Position numbers and translations under genes: made by a program. This document shows positions 61,398-64,000 of a DNA stretch of 64,000 nt, piece after piece; position 1 is the stretch's first letter, and the number at the start of each line of letters is the position of its first letter. The notes below the pieces were generated by a model. That model ran no database searches. It was not told where the DNA came from and saw only the letters and a list, made by a program, of their open reading frames with translations. Source of the stretch: Neoechinorhynchus agilis (Eukaryota; Animalia; Acanthocephala); contig CM121342.1 of the NCBI GenBank assembly GCA_051530055.1, forward strand, positions 4,835,489-4,899,488, in the 5' to 3' direction.

Positions 61398-61494
61398 TTT
61401 ATTGTGTCATCATTGGAGAGTTCTTTTGGTACGGAAGAATCGTTCTTCATGACGAAAGAAAATATGCTGGTCTTTGCGGTTTAAATCCGTAATT

Positions 61495-61700
61495 TGGTTC
61501 CGCGGCGCAGGAACTGGTCAATCAATTGTCTAAAAGAGATTGAGACGAATCACTGGCGATCCGAGATCAGGAGCATTACTCCTATACAAAACATTGGTCT
61601 GGCCGCGTAATGGGCGAGAACGTTGCCTTTGTTTGGACCGTTGCAGCCGGACAGCTACCGAGTGATCCAGACCGGTGGTGGTGGTGGTGGTGTAAATGAT
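61495..61700 (+). mobile_element. Degenerate 3' end of an RLE-type non-LTR retrotransposon
   Basis: GSAAQELVNQLSKR/RITGDPRSG..QNIGLA in frameshifted pieces; homologous to 14165-14335. Confidence 0.65.
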
Positions 61701-61740
61701 TTCATGTCTATTGAGATCAATGAAAACCATTCAGATAATA

Positions 61741-61850
61741 CCCCGGTAATAGTACATTTGATTTATAGGGAAATATGACTGATGAGGCGAGGTTAACTCC
61801 TCTGCGAAATATTTCCCCTATAAATCAAAATCAAATGAGCTATTACCGGG
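61741..61850. mobile_element. Foldback element whose loop contains CTGATGA...GAAA
   Basis: ccccggtaatag..tttgatttatagggaaatat pairs with atatttcccctataaatcaaa..ctattaccgggg. Confidence 0.7.
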
Positions 61851-61914
61851 GGATTTTGACCAAAATTATATACTTTGACTAACCCGAAGGATTTTCTCTA
61901 TCGATCATTCAAAT

Positions 61915-62056
61915 AATGCCATCAAACAAAAAATTTAGTTTTACACGTCATCAGAAAATATGTTAGTGTTAAATCCGATCGAAATTATTTTTAAACTCAA
62001 GACTAACATATTTTCTAATGACGCGTAAAACTAAATTTTTTTGTTTGATGGCATTG
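61915..62056. mobile_element. Foldback MITE-like element with ~52-bp arms
   Basis: aatgccatcaaacaaaaaatttagttttac..gaaaatatgttagt is mirrored by actaacatattttc..gtaaaactaaattttttgtttgatggcatt. Confidence 0.85.
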
Positions 62057-62322
62057 AAATAATTGAGATCAATGAAAACCATTCAAATAATGTGCCATCA
62101 AACAAAAAATTTAGTTTTACACGTCATCAGAAAATCGAAAATTACAGGGCTAAAATTCGACATCCGAGCGAATAACTCGATCTTAATAAGAATTGGTTTT
62201 TTTGTCATTAAGAACGGAATTTCTACCATGTATTATCTGCCTCTCTTTTAAATCTTTCACTATTAAACCTTTAAAATGCCATACCAGCCAATGTTGATTG
62301 GAATTTCCTAACCTTATTTTAG

Positions 62323-63540
62323 ATGAATGTGCCAAAATGGACGAATGCCACGTTTCAACCCGATTGTCCACCGTCGGGTACCACACTTGCAGATGGATAT
62401 ATGCCGTGTACTCCTTGTGGTATTCAATCGCTTGATCAATACCTTGATGGATTCACAAATTCTACTTCAATGGGTTTGTCTATGGGATCGCTTTGTCTTA
62501 TTGTCGATGACTCACAAGCTCACAGATCATTTGCTTCCGTAATAGAACGATGCTTCGTTGCTGAAGGCTTGTGCAGCGATCAATCGGTTGCAATTATTCT
62601 TAATAACAATCGAGAATCCGAATTTCGATCTAGTATCCCAGCACCAAATGAAAATATGGAACCTAAAGAGGAAACGGATAAAAGCGTGAAACTCGATATT
62701 GCATGGAGATATGAAAGGTACGATGCTAATCGCATTCTGTGCCAGTCACTCAGCACCGCACATGGAAGGCAGTTTAGACTAAACAAGAAGTTAGATACTC
62801 GTGAAAATAGAATGCGGTTCTTTAAATTAAACTTATTATGTCAGGACGGCACTACTACCGGGTTTATCGTTCTATTCTTCATAAGCTTTAATTGTTTTGT
62901 GGTCTTCAATCAAAATAAAAAATTATCTATGTTTCTACCCCTTTTTTCTCTCTTGCAATTCGACTTCCATTTGAACTTAGGTCTCAGTTTTTGAGCCTCA
63001 CTGAATCTTCATATTGTATAATCATTGGTCTTTCTTTTGCTCTGCCGGCCAAACAAAGACGCCAACAGACTTGATGTTCTTTATCGCCAGCTTAAAGACT
63101 ATTTGGAGGAGGAATTCGCAGTAAAAAACCGCGTAATACGTGTCCTATTCCAATCATTCGGATCTCCGCTTTGGTCCTGTGATAATTCAGAAGCAGTTCT
63201 CTTCTTATATAAACTCAAAAAAGTTATAAGAGATCGACCATGCGTATTCCTTATAACAATTCCTTCGTCCATCGATCGTACAACACTCTCTAAATTCGTA
63301 ATTGTCGCTGATTACGCCCTGAAACTAGTCCCTTTAAGAAATAACGAGGAATTAAAAGATATCAATGGATTTATACAAATTCTAAAGATGGAATCAATAT
63401 GTGCTTCAATGGCACCGATTCCCACTTGCGGCCGAAATCGCGGATCAGAAATATGCTACTCGATCACACATTCGAGCGCCATCGTTTCAGAATTCAATCC
63501 ACCTTCAGAGCCCGATCATTCGCCTCGATTGTGTTCCTAA
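62323..63540 (+). CDS. ELP4: Elongator complex protein 4, one intron of ~220 nt
   Basis: TPCGIQSLDQYL..MGSLCLIVDD; KLDIAWRYE; IRVLFQSFGSPLW; FLYKLKKVIR. Confidence 0.85.
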
Positions 63541-64000
63541 GCGAAAATTGAATAAATTCTTTTTATTGTCCTCGCCGAATTAAGATTCGGTTTTATGAAA
63601 TGGTTTATAAAGAAATCAAAATGATTCAAAAGCAGTAGTGGTCAATACGAATGAGTATAGAATCATTTGTTCGGACAATATTTCTTACAAAATTTTGCAT
63701 GTATTTAAAGTTATACGGAAAAGGGATTTATTTTGGAGGAATAAGGACGACTAATCAGTCTCAAATCTTGAAGTGTTGAAATCAACCCTCCCTCACTTAC
63801 GGTTATCCCGTATTTTGCAGCCTATCCAAATCACAAATCCGTCGTCTTAAAATTCTTCACAAAAGAGCATCTAAAATTTGCACGGCTGACTTCCCCTTCT
63901 CACGTCAATCCTACCACCACCACCACCACCACAATTTTTATCACATTTTATTAAACTTTTCTCATGAGCACAACACTCGTAATCCCGATTCGTTTCATCC

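Noticed and set aside
61530-61730. LYR/SDHAF1-like small ORF on the minus strand
   Set aside because: The stretch is the antisense of an RLE retrotransposon remnant homologous to 14165-14335.
1085-63540. Alternative genetic code (TAA/TAG/TGA reassignment) as the cause of broken ORFs
   Set aside because: All three stops end clear genes (PDCD10 and tropomyosin TGA, RPS8 TAG, BET1 TAA). Most breaks also shift frame or insert non-homologous sequence.

Overview
Gene-dense, AT-rich animal DNA. The tropomyosin carries the invertebrate-type KVVGNNMKSLE motif, but the taxon cannot be fixed from sequence alone. About 20 housekeeping genes are recognisable: PDCD10, FAM162-like, GAK/auxilin, MRPS18C, BDP1, tropomyosin, an SDR, a TMBIM/Lifeguard protein, PSMA1, UTP18, IK/RED, BET1, TRAPPC4, kinesin-13, RPS8, MED14, MSH5, VPS26, WDR36 and ELP4. 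They are interspersed with tandem repeats, foldback (MITE-like) elements and retroelement remnants. Many introns are ordinary short GT-AG introns. The main observation is a second class of interruption. At about 9 sites, conserved protein motifs are split by 42-510 nt inserts with no satisfactory in-frame GT-AG solution. Each insert has locus-specific terminal inverted repeats that fold it into a hairpin, and most sit between short direct repeats containing TA. Removing the insert plus one repeat copy restores the motif (for example VPS26 EDCL/HIEF and PSMA1 RAL/KDTLP). This points to structure-defined non-canonical introns or, alternatively, IES-like DNA excision. RNA-seq and raw DNA reads are needed to decide between them. 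Secondary signals are eight genes with an acceptor-like AG directly before the ATG and tight same-strand spacing (possible SL trans-splicing and operons), and a tandem tRNA-derived repeat carrying a hammerhead-core-like motif. All alignments to homologs were done by eye from remembered family motifs.
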